Of a DNA stretch of 64,000 nucleotides, positions 1 through 14,560 are shown in pieces. The notes below the pieces were generated by a model. That model was given only the letters and a program-made list of their open reading frames with translations, was not told the DNA's origin and made no database searches. The stretch is from the NCBI RefSeq assembly GCF_009914755.1, contig NC_060935.1; one strand, written 5' to 3'. The position numbers were made by a program, and so were the translations under genes. The first letter of the stretch is position 1, and every line of letters starts with the position of its first letter. Source of the DNA: the human T2T-CHM13v2.0 reference genome, Homo sapiens.

Positions 1-224
1 CAGGCCCGCCGGAGGTCACCTCGGGAGTCACTGCAGGAGGGAATCTGGGTAACAGGAGCGTGCAGTGCAGACGCCGAGAGATGCCACAGAAACGTTGAGC
101 TGGATGGGGACAGAGACGGGACCTTGGAAGTGCCATGTGGGTGTGACTGGGTTTGAGCAAGCAGGGGTGAAAGTCTGACCACACTGTGTCAGTGAGACAA
201 CAGCCATGAGAAGGTGGAAGCCAC

Positions 225-1925
225 GTGTGCAGAACTCTCCCGGGGAGATAAGCAGTGAGTGGGGAAGTTAGGGGTCTGTGTGCAGAACTCTTCCAGGGAG
301 ATAAACAGTGAGTGGGGAAGTTGGTGGGAGGTGTGTGCAGAACTCTCCCAGGGAGATGAGCAGTGAGTGGGGAAGTTGTGGGGGTGTGTGTGTGCAGAAC
401 TCTTCCAGGGAGATGAGCAGTGACTGGGGAAGTTGTGGGGGGGTGTGCAGAACTCTTCCAGGGAGATGAGCAGTGAGTGGGGAAGTTGGGGGGTGTGTGC
501 AGAACTCTTCCAGGGAGATGAGCAGTGAGTGGGGAAGTTGGGGTGTATGTGCAGAACTCTCCCAGGGAGATGAGCAGTGAGTGGGGAAGTTGAGGGGTGT
601 GTGCAGAACTCTTCCAGAGAGATGAGCAGTGAGTGGGGACGTTGCAGGGGGGTGTGTGCAGAACTCTCCCAGTGAGATGAGCAGTGACTGGGGAAGTTTG
701 TGGGGGGTGTGCGGAACTCTTCCAGGGAGATGAACAGTGAGTGGGGAAGTTGGGGGTGGTACAGAACTCTCCCAGGGAGATGAGCAGTGAGTGGCGAAGT
801 TGGGGAGGAGGGGTACAGAACTCTCCCAGGGAGATGAGTGGTGAGTGGGGAAGTTGGGGGCGGGGCATACAGAACTCTCCCAGGGAGATGAGCGGTGAGT
901 GGGGAAGTTGGGGGGGATACAGAACTCTCCCAGGGAGATGAGCGGTGAGTGGGGAAGTTGGTGGGGGCGGGGTACAGAAGTCTCCCAGGGAGATGAGCAG
1001 TGAGTGGGGAAGTTGGGAGGGGAGTACAGAACTCTCCCAGGGAGATGAGTGGTGAGTGGGGAAGTTGGGGGAGGGTACAGAACTCTCCCAGGGAGATGAG
1101 CAGTGAGTGGGGAAGTTGGTGGGGGGGGTGTGTGCAGAACTCTCCCAGGGAGATGAGCAGTGAGTGGGGAAGTTGGGTGGGGGGGGTGCAGAACTCTCCT
1201 GGGGAGATGAGCAGTGAGTGGGGAAGTTGGGGGGGGTATAGAACTCTCCCAGGGAGATGAGCAGTGAGTGGGGAAGTTGGGCGGGGGGGTGGTACAGAAC
1301 TCTCCCGGGGAGATGAGCAGTGAGTGGGGAAGTTGGCGGGGGGGGGGGTGTGCAGAACTCTCCCGGGGAGATGAGCAGTGACTGGGGAAGTTGGGAGGGG
1401 GTGTGCAGAACTCTCCCAGGGAGATGAGCAGTGAGTGGGGAAGTTGGGAGGGGGTGCAGAACTCTCCCAGGGAGATGAGCAGTGAGTGGGGAAGTTGGCG
1501 GGGGTACAGAACTCTCCCAGGGAGATGAGCAGTGAGTGGGGAAGTTGGTGGGGGGGTTGTGTGCAGAACTCTCCCAGGGAGATGAGCAGTGAGTGGGGAA
1601 GTTGGTGGGAGGTGGGGGGTGTGTACAGAACTCTCCCGGGGATATGAGCAGTGAGTGGGGAAGTTGGGGTGGGGGGGTACAGAACTCTCCCGGGGAGATG
1701 AGCAGTGAGTGGGGAAGTTGGGGGAGTACAGAACTCTCCCAGGGAAATGAGCAGTGAGTGGGGAAATTGCTTGGGAGGGTACAGAACTCTCCCAGGGAGA
1801 TGAGCAGTGAGTGGGGAAGTTGTGGGGGGTGCAGAAGTCTCCCAGGGAGATGAGCAGTGAGTGGGGAAGTTGGGGGGGTGCAGAAGTCTCCCAGGGAGAT
1901 GAGCAGTGAGCAGGGAAGGTGGGCA
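225..1925. repeat. G-rich minisatellite, about 32 units of 50-60 bp: constant core CAGAACTCTCCCAGGGAGATGAGCAGTGAGTGGGGAAGTTG plus a variable G-rich linker
   Basis: Tandem repetition is directly visible. Confidence 0.97.
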
Positions 1926-3199
1926 GGGGGTCCGTGAAGCCAAGGAACTTCTGGAGACAGAAGTGGGTGGAGTGTCTTCATAAGCAAATGGGCATGACGT
2001 AAGAGAAGGCAGAGGTCAAAAGTAGAAACACTGGTGGCAGACATGCCCACAGGCACAGACAACGTTGCAACCAGGATGTTAACTCGGAAGCTCCAGGCCC
2101 CGTCAAGCCATTTCCTTTCAACGGCACTGAGGCTGTCTTCACTTAAATGTCACAGATACAAATTACTGCACACTCCAAAGTGTAAATCAGGAGTTTGTTT
2201 TCAGGTTAAGCTATCTTTTGAAATAAGGCCTTTTGGGCAGCCATAAATGTAAAAACAACTAAGATGTCTGCATAAGTAAAACGGGGAAGTGGCTGGGACG
2301 CTTGTGTCATTGGGACAGGGCTGGAACCTGGTCCCTCAGACCAGCCCACCCCTTGAAGAGCTGTGCCTGTAAGTAAGGGCCAGGGTAAGTACGAACACAC
2401 CCCTCACTGCCGTGGACATAGGTGCTTCTGCCTGACCTGTGCCCAGTAGAGGCCCCTTCCCCAGTCAGTGGGTTACAGGAATGCATCCACAAGGCATGGG
2501 TTGGAAACCTGGCTTCCTCATTTACTAACGGAGCGGCCTTTGACCACTCCTGCATCTTCTGGCCTGTATAAAGGGAAAGCCAACCAAGCCAGCCACCCAC
2601 CAGAGCTGGGGGAGGTGAAGGAAAGGGCGTGTGGACACCGTCGCCATTCAGCGAGACCCACACCCACAACGCCCAATGCTCAGGGGGCCATCACCCCATG
2701 ATGGCCCCATGGGAGCTGCCACAGCTCGGACAGGTTCCCCGTGGGACACCAGCAAGGGCACAGATGCAAACAGGAAACACCACGTCTTCCTACCCTGGCT
2801 CGTGCTGGTATCAAAGACAGGCAGACTGTTTTTTATTATTTTTACCTTCCAGACAAATTGGCCTAGCCTAGTAACCTTTGATATTTAAAACTTGCTTCGC
2901 TCCTTCATCATCCAGGGCAGAAAAATGAACCCCAGGCTGCTCCCCTCCCTCTGGAGCTCTTGGAGAGCCAGGATGAGGTGAGGGGTTGACAGATTAGACA
3001 CAATTTGATACTTACAATCAAAGCCCTAATTAGGTGATTTCATAAAAGAAGAGAGAACATTCTAATCATAGTGTATTTTATTACAAGTGTGGAGGTGGTA
3101 AGGCCTGCCTAAAACTGATAAAGCACATGTAACAATCCATACACCTGGGTGCTTTTAGATCTAACAAGGAGAGGCTTGTTACAGGAATATCGTCAATAG

Positions 3200-3705
3200 C
3201 AGCATCACCATCATCATCATCATCACCAGCCTGCATCAGTCACCATCAATGAGACCATCGTCACTATCACCGTCGCCACCATCACCATCACTGCCATCAT
3301 CACCACCACCACCACTACCACTATGACCATGAACATCACCACTACCACCACCATCGCTCACCAACAATATGACCACTGTCACCATCACCATCACCACCAT
3401 CATCACCACCACCACTACCACTATCATCATCAATATCACCAGCATCACCACCATCACCATCATCATTATCACTGTCACCACCATCCTCACCACCATCATC
3501 ACCACCACCATCACCATCATCACCATCCATATCATCACTAGCATCATCGCCACCATCGCCATCACAACCATCATCACCATCACAACCATCACCATCACCA
3601 CCATCATCACAATCATCATCACCATCACCTGCCGTCACTCACCATGAACATGATCACCGTCACTATCATTACCATCAGCACTGCCATCATCATTAGTACC
3701 ATGAC
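3200..3705. repeat. Degenerate (CAC/CAT)n triplet tract
   Basis: Direct reading; produces the poly-H/T/M/D pseudo-ORFs. Confidence 0.95.
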
Positions 3706-4307
3706 TTAATCTACAAGTAGAAAGAGGAAGGGGGTGATGTACACAAGTAGTCTCAATGGCTCACTGAGTGACAGACACTCCTGCTGTTTAGAGCCCAGAA
3801 ACTGTGAATCCTAAATGCCCAGCAATGCTTGGCACAGTCCTAGACAACAGAAGACTGCATCCTGACCCCCAGTGTCTGTAGCAGAAAAGCTCAAGGGCTG
3901 TAAGACTCATCCAAAGAGACTGGAAGAATCTGAATATCTAGGGAAGGCAAATAAAGTGCCTTTGCTTGACAAGTTCCCCAGCAGCACAATGCAACACCGC
4001 AACCATGACTGTGTATTTGGCGACCACAGGCCATGTTCAGGGAGAAGGGCTGTCAAGCCACCATTAGATGCCATAGTGACTTTGGTCATGCTCTGTGAGG
4101 GCAGAATGGAAAGAGACCTTAATGGGCATGGAGTCTGGTATGCTGGTCCTGTCTCACAGTGGAGCCAGCTGCTGCTCTGAAGATTCTTCAGCATCACTGG
4201 GATTCTGGGTTATGGGCTGGAAGCCTGGCAGCTGTACTATTCACAGGTTCTTTGGGTAATTCCAATGTGGAGGTTACAGCTCAGCTAGAAACCTCATTTG
4301 TTCTGCT

Positions 4308-5055
4308 GCACTGCCATCACCATCACCATGACCATGCTCACCACCATCATCAGCACCATCGCTGTCACCATGACCACTGTCATCACCATCATCATGATTA
4401 CCATCACCATCACCACCACCATCATCACCATCAACCACCACCATCATCACCATCACCATGGCCACCATCACTATCACCATGACCACCCTCACCACCATCA
4501 TCAGCACCATCACTATCAACCACTACCATCATCACCATCACTGTCGCCATGACCACCATCATCACCATCACCATGATTACCATCACCATCACCACCACCA
4601 CCACCATCATCACCATCATCATTATCAACCACCACCATCATCACCATCACCATGGCCACCATCACTATCACCATGACCACCCTCACCACCATCATCAGCA
4701 CCATCACTATCAACCACCATCATCACCATCACTGTCACCATGACCACCACCATCACCATTACCATGGTTACTGTCACCATCACCACCACCACCATCAGCA
4801 CCATCATCATCTTCACCTTCACCATCATCACTATCAACCACCACTATCATCATCACCACCTTCATCATTGCCACCACCACCATCACTGCCTTCATCATCA
4901 ACACCTTCATCATTATCACCATCAGCCTCACTATCACCACCTTCATCATCACCACCATCATCAGCACCACCACCATCGCCAGCCTCATGACGACCATCAG
5001 CAACAGTATCATCACCACCTTCACCATCACCACTAACACCACTGCTATCATTACA
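4308..5055. repeat. Degenerate (CAC/CAT)n triplet tract with an internal duplication of about 194 bp
   Basis: Direct reading; near-identical blocks at about 4432-4520 and 4626-4715. Confidence 0.95.
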
Positions 5056-5057
5056 GC

Positions 5058-5280
5058 CACTATTTACTGAGCATCTACTATGTTCCAGGAATACCATATT
5101 ACCATATATTTGTTTTCTATTTTTAGCCTCTTAGCAACCCTGTGAATTCGGTTTAATTATCCCCACATTACAGATAAGGAAATTCAGGGCCCTAGAGAGA
5201 CAATAGGTTGTCCAGGACAGCATAGCAAGGCAAGGCAATGGGCTAGTCCAGATGAAACCCAGACCACCATGCCTCTTTGA
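5058..5280. mobile_element. MIR SINE fragment
   Basis: Core-like ATTATCCCCACATTACAGATAAGGAAATTCAGG and TATTTACTGAGCATCTACTATG. Confidence 0.65.
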
Positions 5281-6149
5281 ATTACTGTTCCACTTCCTCA
5301 GGGCTGCCTCCTGACTCCTTTCCTTGAATCCTGTCTTGATTCAAAGGCACCTCTGTCCCATCCCTGAACAGTCTGTTGTTCAACACTACTCCCTGCATGC
5401 CCTGTGTGTGTGTGCCCTGTATGGCACCCTTTCTGCTTAAAGTTGCTAGAGTGGTTTCTGCCCCCTGCATGAGTGCCTGCTCTAATGAACCACATGCCTC
5501 ATACATGTGTAGACAAGGGGGAGTGAGTATAGCAAGGTGTTCAAATGGTGACTCAGGAAGGAAAGAAGCTTTGGGTCAAGTACAACACGCAGTGCCTGCA
5601 GGACAAAGGTAGGGGTTCTGCATTCCTCCTGGTCACTTACTGGCACCTGGAAGATGCAGACATGAAGCTGTGCCTCTCTTGGCATCACACGAGATGTGGT
5701 TTGGACCAGCTTCTTTAACTACATCAGTGAGACACTCCAAAGAGTTTGGGGAGGGCATGAGGGAGGAGATTAAAGACACCCTAGAACCCTAAGGAGGAGT
5801 ATGAGGGATACACGAAGCTGGATCCTAGACCACTCGCAGACATTCCGACTGACACTGTAGCCAGAGGTCAAGGGGCCAACCAGTCCAGAGCCTATGACCC
5901 TGCCCACTGGTTCTTGGAGGCTAGGCAAGGCTGGAAATCAAAACCAGGGGAGCCAGCTAATGCATTTCTACCCAGACAGAAGAGGGGGCACACAGGCAGG
6001 AGTTGGAACAGCTGTCCGCCCTGGAATGGGAGAGCTCTCCATACTACCTCCAGAGGCTTCCTGGCTGCAGGAGAAGCCACTCAATCCTGGGGAGGGGGAT
6101 CCATCAATAAGACAAATGGGGGAGAGGAGGAGATGCAGCCTTCCATTCC

Positions 6150-6365
6150 AAGGCTTAGAGAAGAATGGCCTGCAGGCCAAATCAGCCCACTCCCTGTTTT
6201 GTAAATAAAGTTTTATTGGAACACGGCTACACTCTGACTTACATACTGTCTATGGCTGCTTTTGCACTACAGTGGCAGTTGCATCGTTATGACGGAGTCC
6301 ATGCGACACGCAAAGCCTAAAATGTTACCCAACTGGCTCTTTATAGCAAAAGCAGATGGCTCATG
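6150..6365. mobile_element. MER58A-like hAT-Charlie DNA transposon
   Basis: TTTTGTAAATAAAGTTTTATTGGAACAC...TGTCTATGGCTGCTTT...GCAAAGCCTAAAAT signature. Confidence 0.8.
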
Positions 6366-8109
6366 TGCTAACCTGAGGCCCGAGGTGGGGAGAGGATGTC
6401 CTGAGAGCCCCAGCCAGCTTGGGACCCTCCTGGAGCCGGCAGCTGAGGCATAGGACAGATATGGGGCATGTGGAGTGTGGAGTGATACCAAGTCAAGCTC
6501 AATACAGATCATCAAAATGTGTTAACCTTTTCTAATCAGAAAGAAACATCAACACTTTCAAATACCATCTTGTCCACAATTATTTCAAGTGACAAAAAAC
6601 AGACTTTTCTTGAGTTTTCAAGATAAAATGTGCTTGCAATCTACTGGGGAAAATTAAGGAATGTTTTTTCCATCCAAAGCAGTAATTAGGAAGCAGATGT
6701 TGGTGCAGATGTGTTTACCAGCCACAGCCAAGCCTCATGATGTGTTTTTCTAATGCAGCTGAGTAATGTATCTCCACACTCACACAGACATTTCAGCATT
6801 CACACCCCGTGGCATACCTAGGGACACAGCTGCATACAAACTACATCAATGTGCTTTCTTTGAGTGGGGGAAGTCTGCAGCTCTGCAAAATGCTGCTCAC
6901 AGCTCAGCTGAAATGCCACCCAACCGCAGCTATGAAAGATGGCGGCTTATGCCTCTGATGATATCCACACGTGCTTCCTCTCAGGTGGACCCAAGGGGAA
7001 GGGAGCATCAGCAGAGAAAACAGGGAAGGCATAATAACTGCCTGGTCCTGGACATTTTGCCCTGGCTATGTCTCACAAAGGGCTGCAGAGAAAAATGTAC
7101 AACTATGTGAGGGAGTCATCAGCAGAAGGCTTGACTGAGGGTCAGGAAGTCTGAATTGGATCTTGAAGGATGCATAGGAGTTTTCCAGGGCAAAGAATCC
7201 AGGAAGATTGAACAGCTAGAAGCAAAGTGGGACTCCAGCAGAGTGGCTGGAGGGGCCTGGGCTGGTGAGGAGCCATGGAAGGGCTGGGGAATGGCTTGGG
7301 TAAAGGATGAGGCTTGAGATTCCACCCCGGAGGCCACCATGAGCCAACAGGATGGGAGCACTGCTTTGGGATGGGAAGAGAATGCTGACAGCCTGCAGAG
7401 GATGGACCCTGGCACAAAGAGCCCTGGGCATCCAGCAGAGTTCCTCCTCTGAGATCTCCCTCTGTTCCTCCAGGATAAAGAGCCACATCCCCTCCCAGCC
7501 CACGCTGCTCTGCCGCTTAGTGTAGCATCCACATCTCGACACCCTCCAGATTTGAAGTTCCTTGAGATCAGAGAAAGAGAAAAAAGAAGGCACGGACAGA
7601 GAAGTCCTTCAATAGTGATGTCCAGGAATTCACCTGACTTTGAGCACCAAGGAAACAGAGAAACAGCCCCCTGTCCTCCTAAAGCAGTGCCTGCACCCCA
7701 CCTATGCCCCCGTGAGCCCAGGGCCCCTTCTCACCAGCTCCACTCCACAGGCCGCCCCCACCACTTAACCCCCCATGGCTTCCCCGCTCCTACAGGACCA
7801 GCAGCCTCCTGCGGGACCAACAGCCCCCCGCGCCCCTGCTTCACCTCCCCGTGAGGCCACGGTGCACACACTGGGCGGGGTGTCACTTGGCCTTGTCATT
7901 TAGGATGCAGCCTCCCAGAGGGCAGGGCTCACATCCCAGAAGCCTTCAGTGTTTCCTAGATACATTCACGTCCTGCTCTCCTCGGCTCTCACACTTGGTC
8001 TTACAGGGAAGTGTGAAGATGATTTGCTTTTTCACATCAAGGTTCCACTTGTGGGCATTTTTCCCCGAAAGAAATGAAAACAGGGTCTTGAACACATGGT
8101 TGCATCTAT

Positions 8110-8592
8110 GCTCATAGCTGCATTATCCACGACACTCAAAAGGTGGAAGCCACCGAGGGTCCCCTGACAGATGTCCACGCACATGATCCACACAAGGGAG
8201 TATTATTTACCTTAAAACTATTATTCAGCTTAAAAAGGAAGGATAAAAAATTCCGACACAGCCTACAGCGTGGACAAACCTCGAAAACATTGCACTCAGT
8301 GAAATCAGCCAGACACCAAAGGACAAACACTTTATGTTTCTACTCATATCAAGTCCCTACAGCAGGAAAATCTACAGACACAGAAAGTGAACAGGGGTTG
8401 CCAGGGGCTGAGGAGAGGGGAGAGTTACATTTGATGGGGACAGAGTTTCAATTTTGCAAGATTAAGAGAGTTCTGGAGATGAATGGCAGGCAATTGCATA
8501 GCCATGTAAATGTACTTAATGCCACCGAACTGCATACTTAAAAGTGGTTAAAATGGCATAAATTTTGTTATGTGTATTTTACCACTTAATGA
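8110..8592 (+). mobile_element. Old L1M (L1MB-like) 3' end
   Basis: GTTCTGGAGATGAATGG...GTAAATGTACTTAATGCCACCGAACTGCATACTTAAAAGTGGTTAAAATGG, typical of an L1M 3' UTR. Confidence 0.8.
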
Positions 8593-8993
<401 letters not shown>

Positions 8994-9001
8994 AGGCTTG
9001 C

Positions 9002-9300
9002 TTTTTTAATTTTTATTTTGGAGACAGGGTTTTGCTCTGTTACCTAGGCTGCAGTGCAGTGGCATGATCTTGGCTTGTTGTAGCCTTAAACCCCCAGGGC
9101 TCAAGTGATCCTCCCACCTCAGCCTCCTGAGTAGCTGGGACCACAGGCACATGCCACCATACCCGGCTGATTTTTAAAATTTTGTAGAGATGGGGTCTCA
9201 CCATGTTGCCCAGGCTAGTCTCAAACTAGATCAAGTAATCCACTCCTCCCTCGGCCTCCCAAAGCACTGGGATTACAGGTATGAGCTGCTGCACCTGGCT
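9002..9300 (-). mobile_element. Alu (AluJ-like)
   Basis: GGGCTCAAGTGATCCTCCCACCTCAGCC, J-type sequence; more diverged than its neighbour. Confidence 0.9.
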
Positions 9301-9774
9301 GGAAGGCCTGCTTTTTTCATGTGATGGTGCCACGCATGCCTGGTGGGGGTACCAGAACTATCCTGGGGCTTTGTCCGCCACGTCCTTCCCCATCTCATGA
9401 CTCTGATCTGCCCCTCTCCATGTTCCATATAGAGACCTGCTGACGGGGTAGATGGCTGACTCCAGAACTGAACAGAGTTTGCATCCCAGCTACAGAGGGT
9501 GGACAAGAGAGCCCGGCTCCTCACGCATCTTATGGAGCATGGACAGCATGGAGGCGTGGCACTGACCAGACCTGAGTCTTGAGCCCAGTTCTGGCACCAG
9601 CTGTGGGAGTGGGATGCTCGCCTTGCTTTCCTGGGGCTCTGTTTCCTCCCTTCTACAACAGGGTAACAGTTCCCACTGAGGCAGCAGGTGAGGATGACCT
9701 GAGATGCCCCCTGCAAGGCCTTCCCGGTGCCCCCCAGGGTCAGGGCTGGCTGGGGTGCGTGCCACTGCAGCGTG

Positions 9775-10675
<901 letters not shown>

Positions 10676-10693
10676 AATGCGCTCAGCACTCAC

Positions 10694-10810
10694 CTGGTTG
10701 TAGAGGGCGCAGATGTGCAAGGCCGTGTTCCCCGAGGCATTCTGGGCACTCATGTCTGCCCCGTAGAACAGCAGGTGCTCCAGGTGCTGCACGTGCCCGT
10801 ACCTGCAGGC
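10694..10810 (-). CDS. SHANK2: SHANK2 coding exon (117 nt, phase 0-0), ankyrin repeats: ACRYGHVQHLEHLLFYGADMSAQNASGNTALHICALYNQ
   Basis: Acceptor TGTTTCAG|GCC, donor CAG|GTGAGT; ankyrin GNTALH motif. Confidence 0.96.
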
Positions 10811-13800
10811 CTGAAACACAGAACCCAGGCTGTGAATCAGGAACCCTCCGCCACGACAGCCGCATGCACACACAAAGTACACCAGCCACTCGGCTGCTCC
10901 ACCAGAACCCCAGGGCAGGGCCTGTGCGGACCCCAACCACCCACCCACCATCTGGGCAAGCGCTCTAAAGACATCAGCATGCACCACCAGACCCCTGGCT
11001 GTGGATCAGGGAGAAAGACCTTCATGGTGGGATTGGGGACTGGTGCTCAGTTGTGAGACAGAGGGTCTGGGAAGGGGCCCCAAAGTCCCTTCCATCCTGA
11101 TCCCGGGGCCTAGAGCCCAGAGGTGCAGGATGTCTTTCTCCCATCCTCAGTGCCCAGCTCCACAAGATGCAAACCAGAAGGCTCAGACCCGGCTTCAGTT
11201 ACCCAAGCTCCCCCTTCCAAGGGGGCAGCACAAAATGGCCAGGAGAGGCCTTCACAGCCCTGCACTGCATCCACAGGAGTGAGCCCTGTCCTTCGACGTG
11301 CGACGGACGGCCCCACGACTGCTTTAATGCAGTCCAGCTCCTAAGTAAGTTGCAGGACGCAGGGGTAGGGCAGACCCATACTATGATAACTCCTCTCTGA
11401 GAACTGCAACATGTGTGACTTGTGAACCATCAGGGCCCAGGGGTCAAACAGACCCAGTCCTGAACCATTTATCAGAACTTTCGCCTGAGTACCTATGTGC
11501 ACCCTCATCTGTAGGCAGAAACAACCCTTAACCCTCACAGGGTTCAGATGAGAATCACGTGGGACAAAGAACACCACAGGGCCTCACACGAGGCTGGGCA
11601 CTGAGTCAGCACTTGGTGAGTCAGTGATGCCCCTCCCCACCCAAGCTCACAGGGGCCAGGGAGGTCCCCGCACAGGTGATGAGGGCCCCTCTGTCCAGCC
11701 ACACACTGCTCGACATGGTGGCCACAACCTTGGACCTGGAGAAAAGTCGGTCCTGACCTAACACATCTCAATCCCAGGGTCGGGAGGGAAAGAGGTGAGC
11801 CCCACCAAGGGCAGGCAGCCTAGGGGTGTTGAGAGCAGTAGGCGCCATGGTAGCCCAGGAAGGGGTTCTCATGAATCCTGCTCTACTGCTAATTGAGACA
11901 GATAGAGGTGAATTTCACCTTCTCAGGGTCCACGAGAAAGAGCTACACCTCAGCAATTAACAGTGAGGAAAGATGACAGGGAAGATATTGAAACTATTAA
12001 TTGGATGAGCTATAAAAACAAAACAAAACAAAAAAAAAACAAACAAAAACAAAAAACGAAAAACAAAAAAAAAAACCACACACACACACGAGAAATTTCC
12101 ATTTACCATTGCTGTGTCTCCCACAAATCTCATTAATTTATAAAGTAGATCCCTGTTGCAGGTTTCCTTGCTGTCACCTGCCCGGCCCCCATGGCCCCTT
12201 CTTCTGGGAACTCCACCTGCGTTTGCCTTTGGGGGCTACCCCAGCTCCACTCTCAGAGGTCCAGGGAAGGCCTCCCCACCCTGCTCCTGCAGAGGCACAG
12301 GACATAGGCAGGAGCCATCAGGTTCCAACTCCCCAGGCACAGTAAGGGACGCCCAGCTGACCTTAGAGAAGCTACCAAGTCCCAAGCTAGAACATTCATC
12401 ACAACTACTGGGGGAAAAGTTCTTTCCTTCTTCCAGAGTGGGGAGCAGAAAAGTGACAGAGCCTGGGAGCTGCTGGGACCCTCAACACAGAAGGGATGTG
12501 TGACAGGGGCAGGGAGAGGAAGAAAGGAAAGGAAAGAAAGAGAGAAAGAGAGGAGACAGGAAGAGACATGCACAAAGCCAAGATGACACTGTCTGAGCCC
12601 CTCTAAGCTGCAACTGACCCTGGAATTTCCGGGACATAACAATGAGGCATAACTCCCTCCCCTCACCCAGTCGTTTGCATTGGGATTTGTGTTCCTTGAA
12701 CTGAAGGATCCCTGGCTATTTGGCACTCCCCAAAGGACTTCTGGGAGGCAACACTTTGTTAAAGCTTAATTTAATTGCTCTGTGGTCAATAAAGACAACT
12801 AATGTTAGCATAAAAACACTGAACAATTAATCCACACTCATTATTCCCCTTCCCCCGGTTAATCTGAATTTATGAGCTTGTAAGTTCCATCAGTCAGATG
12901 GCACCAGAGCACTCTTCCCTTGCAAGGGCAAAATAGGCTCAATGGGAAGAGATGAAACGGAACCGCTGACTCCGGGTGGATGTCTCGTAGGCGTGTTCCC
13001 AAGAGCATGCTTCCATTTTCCACTTTTCCCACATCCATTGTTTTATAACACACAAACCCGGGAAATACAGAAAAGGGCTGAACAAAAACCAAAAGTCACC
13101 CAGAATCCCACAGTCTTAGCACTAGCAGTAATTTTTTTTTTTTAAGTGTCATTTCGGCTAGTCTCTTCTTTCTGTTTTAACCCCTGGTGGTTGAGGCACG
13201 GAGCTCACACCTGCTGAGGAAGATGCAGCTGCCATGCAGGGGGGTGAGGGGGATCCAAGCCAGGTGGTGGGCAGAAGGGTCCACAGACGGCTGCACGCAG
13301 GGCTCTGCACACACAAGGACACTCAGGAAAGGGAATGGGAGCTGGGCTCTCACTGTCAAGGAAGTTACAAATACAGTACAGGAGAAAACTAGAATATGCC
13401 TTGTGGTGTTGGCTTGGAATGGGAGTATCAGTAGAAACTCACGGTTCCTAATATAGAGACTAATAAAAATGAAAATGTGGATGCCTGTGTGTCTACCCAT
13501 CCCTAACTCTGCCTACTGAGAGGGTGCAGGACCAGCAACAGCCCAGCAGCCATCAGCACCCCAAGCACCTGCACCTTGGCTTCTAAATACCACTCCACAC
13601 TAAAAAGAATCAGGCTCCTTGGAGAAGCAGCTGATTCCTGAGGCAAGGAAAGAGCAAGGTGAGCTTGAAATATCTTGTTGTGCCAGAAATAAAGGAAATG
13701 GTAAAAAAAAAAAAAAAATCAATGGGGCTGTGTCCCAAGGACACAGGAGCCATCCTGAAGGGACACCCACTGGCTAAAACTGGGATAATAATAACAGATT

Positions 13801-14085
13801 ATTACCTCCTGAATAAAGAGAACTCTGCAAGTCTGCCTTGTTGTAAATATATGAATAAATAAACAAGAAGAGAAAGCTTTTCTTTACAACAGCAAGCCAA
13901 CTAATAATGTAGAAGCAATGGTAGGATTAAAAAAAAATCTCCATTTAGCAACCATAATAGCATTAATTCTGGCAAGAAAGGCCAATGGATGCCAAAACTG
14001 TCAGGTGAAAGGGGTATGAGAAAACAGATTTTTGCATAGCCTCAAAGATCACCAAACAAGATCTATTAATTACAAAGGAGCAAAG

Positions 14086-14560
14086 TAAGGCAGGAGGTGG
14101 GACTCAGGAAGCGGGACTCAGACACCGGACCAAACTGAGGACTAGCTAAAACAGGGCGGGGCAGAAGCAGCTTTCCATAAGACACGCCCATCAGTGTGCC
14201 ACATCAGTTTACTGTTGCCATGGCAACACCCAGAAGTTACCACCCCTTTCCCTGGCAATGGCCTGATGACTCAGAAGTTACCACCCTTTTCCTAGCAATT
14301 CCTGCAGAACCTGCCCCATAATTTGCATGTAATTAAAAGTGGGTATAAATGTGAGTGCAGCCCGGCCTCTGAGCTGCTGCTTTGGGTACACTGCCTCTGG
14401 GGCAGCCCTGCTCTGCAAGGAGCAGTCTCTGCTGCTGTTCACAGCTGCTTCAATAAAGGTTTTGCCAACATCACCATCCTGCCCTTGAATTCTTTCCTGG
14501 GTGGAGCCAAGAGCCCTCCTGGGCTAAGCCCCCATTTTTGGGCTCACCTGCCCTGCATCA
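14086..14560 (+). mobile_element. MER41-family solo LTR
   Basis: TGAGGACTAGCTAAAACAGGG, GGGTATAAAT, CAATAAAG, ends CCCTGCATCA; 4-bp TSD AAAG at 14082-14085 and 14561-14564. Confidence 0.88.
14214..14227. promoter_or_regulatory. Perfect palindromic RFX X-box GTTGCCATGGCAAC in MER41
   Basis: Exact match to the X-box consensus GTNRCC(N)RGYAAC; binding not shown. Confidence 0.55.

Noticed and set aside
225-1925. CRISPR-like layout of constant repeat plus variable spacer (also at 25420-26056)
   Set aside because: The spacers are low-complexity G-runs or (TG)n rather than unique sequences, there are no cas genes, and the context is a primate intron.
189-1943. 584-aa minus-strand ORF
   Set aside because: It is a translation of the VNTR. 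The C-rich strand of the unit has no stop codons in any frame, and the peptide cycles through all three frames of the unit.
3236-5097. Poly-His, poly-Thr/Ile, Met/Val-rich and Asp/Gly-rich ORFs (also at 59297-60311)
   Set aside because: Frame translations of triplet repeats, with no splice or domain support.
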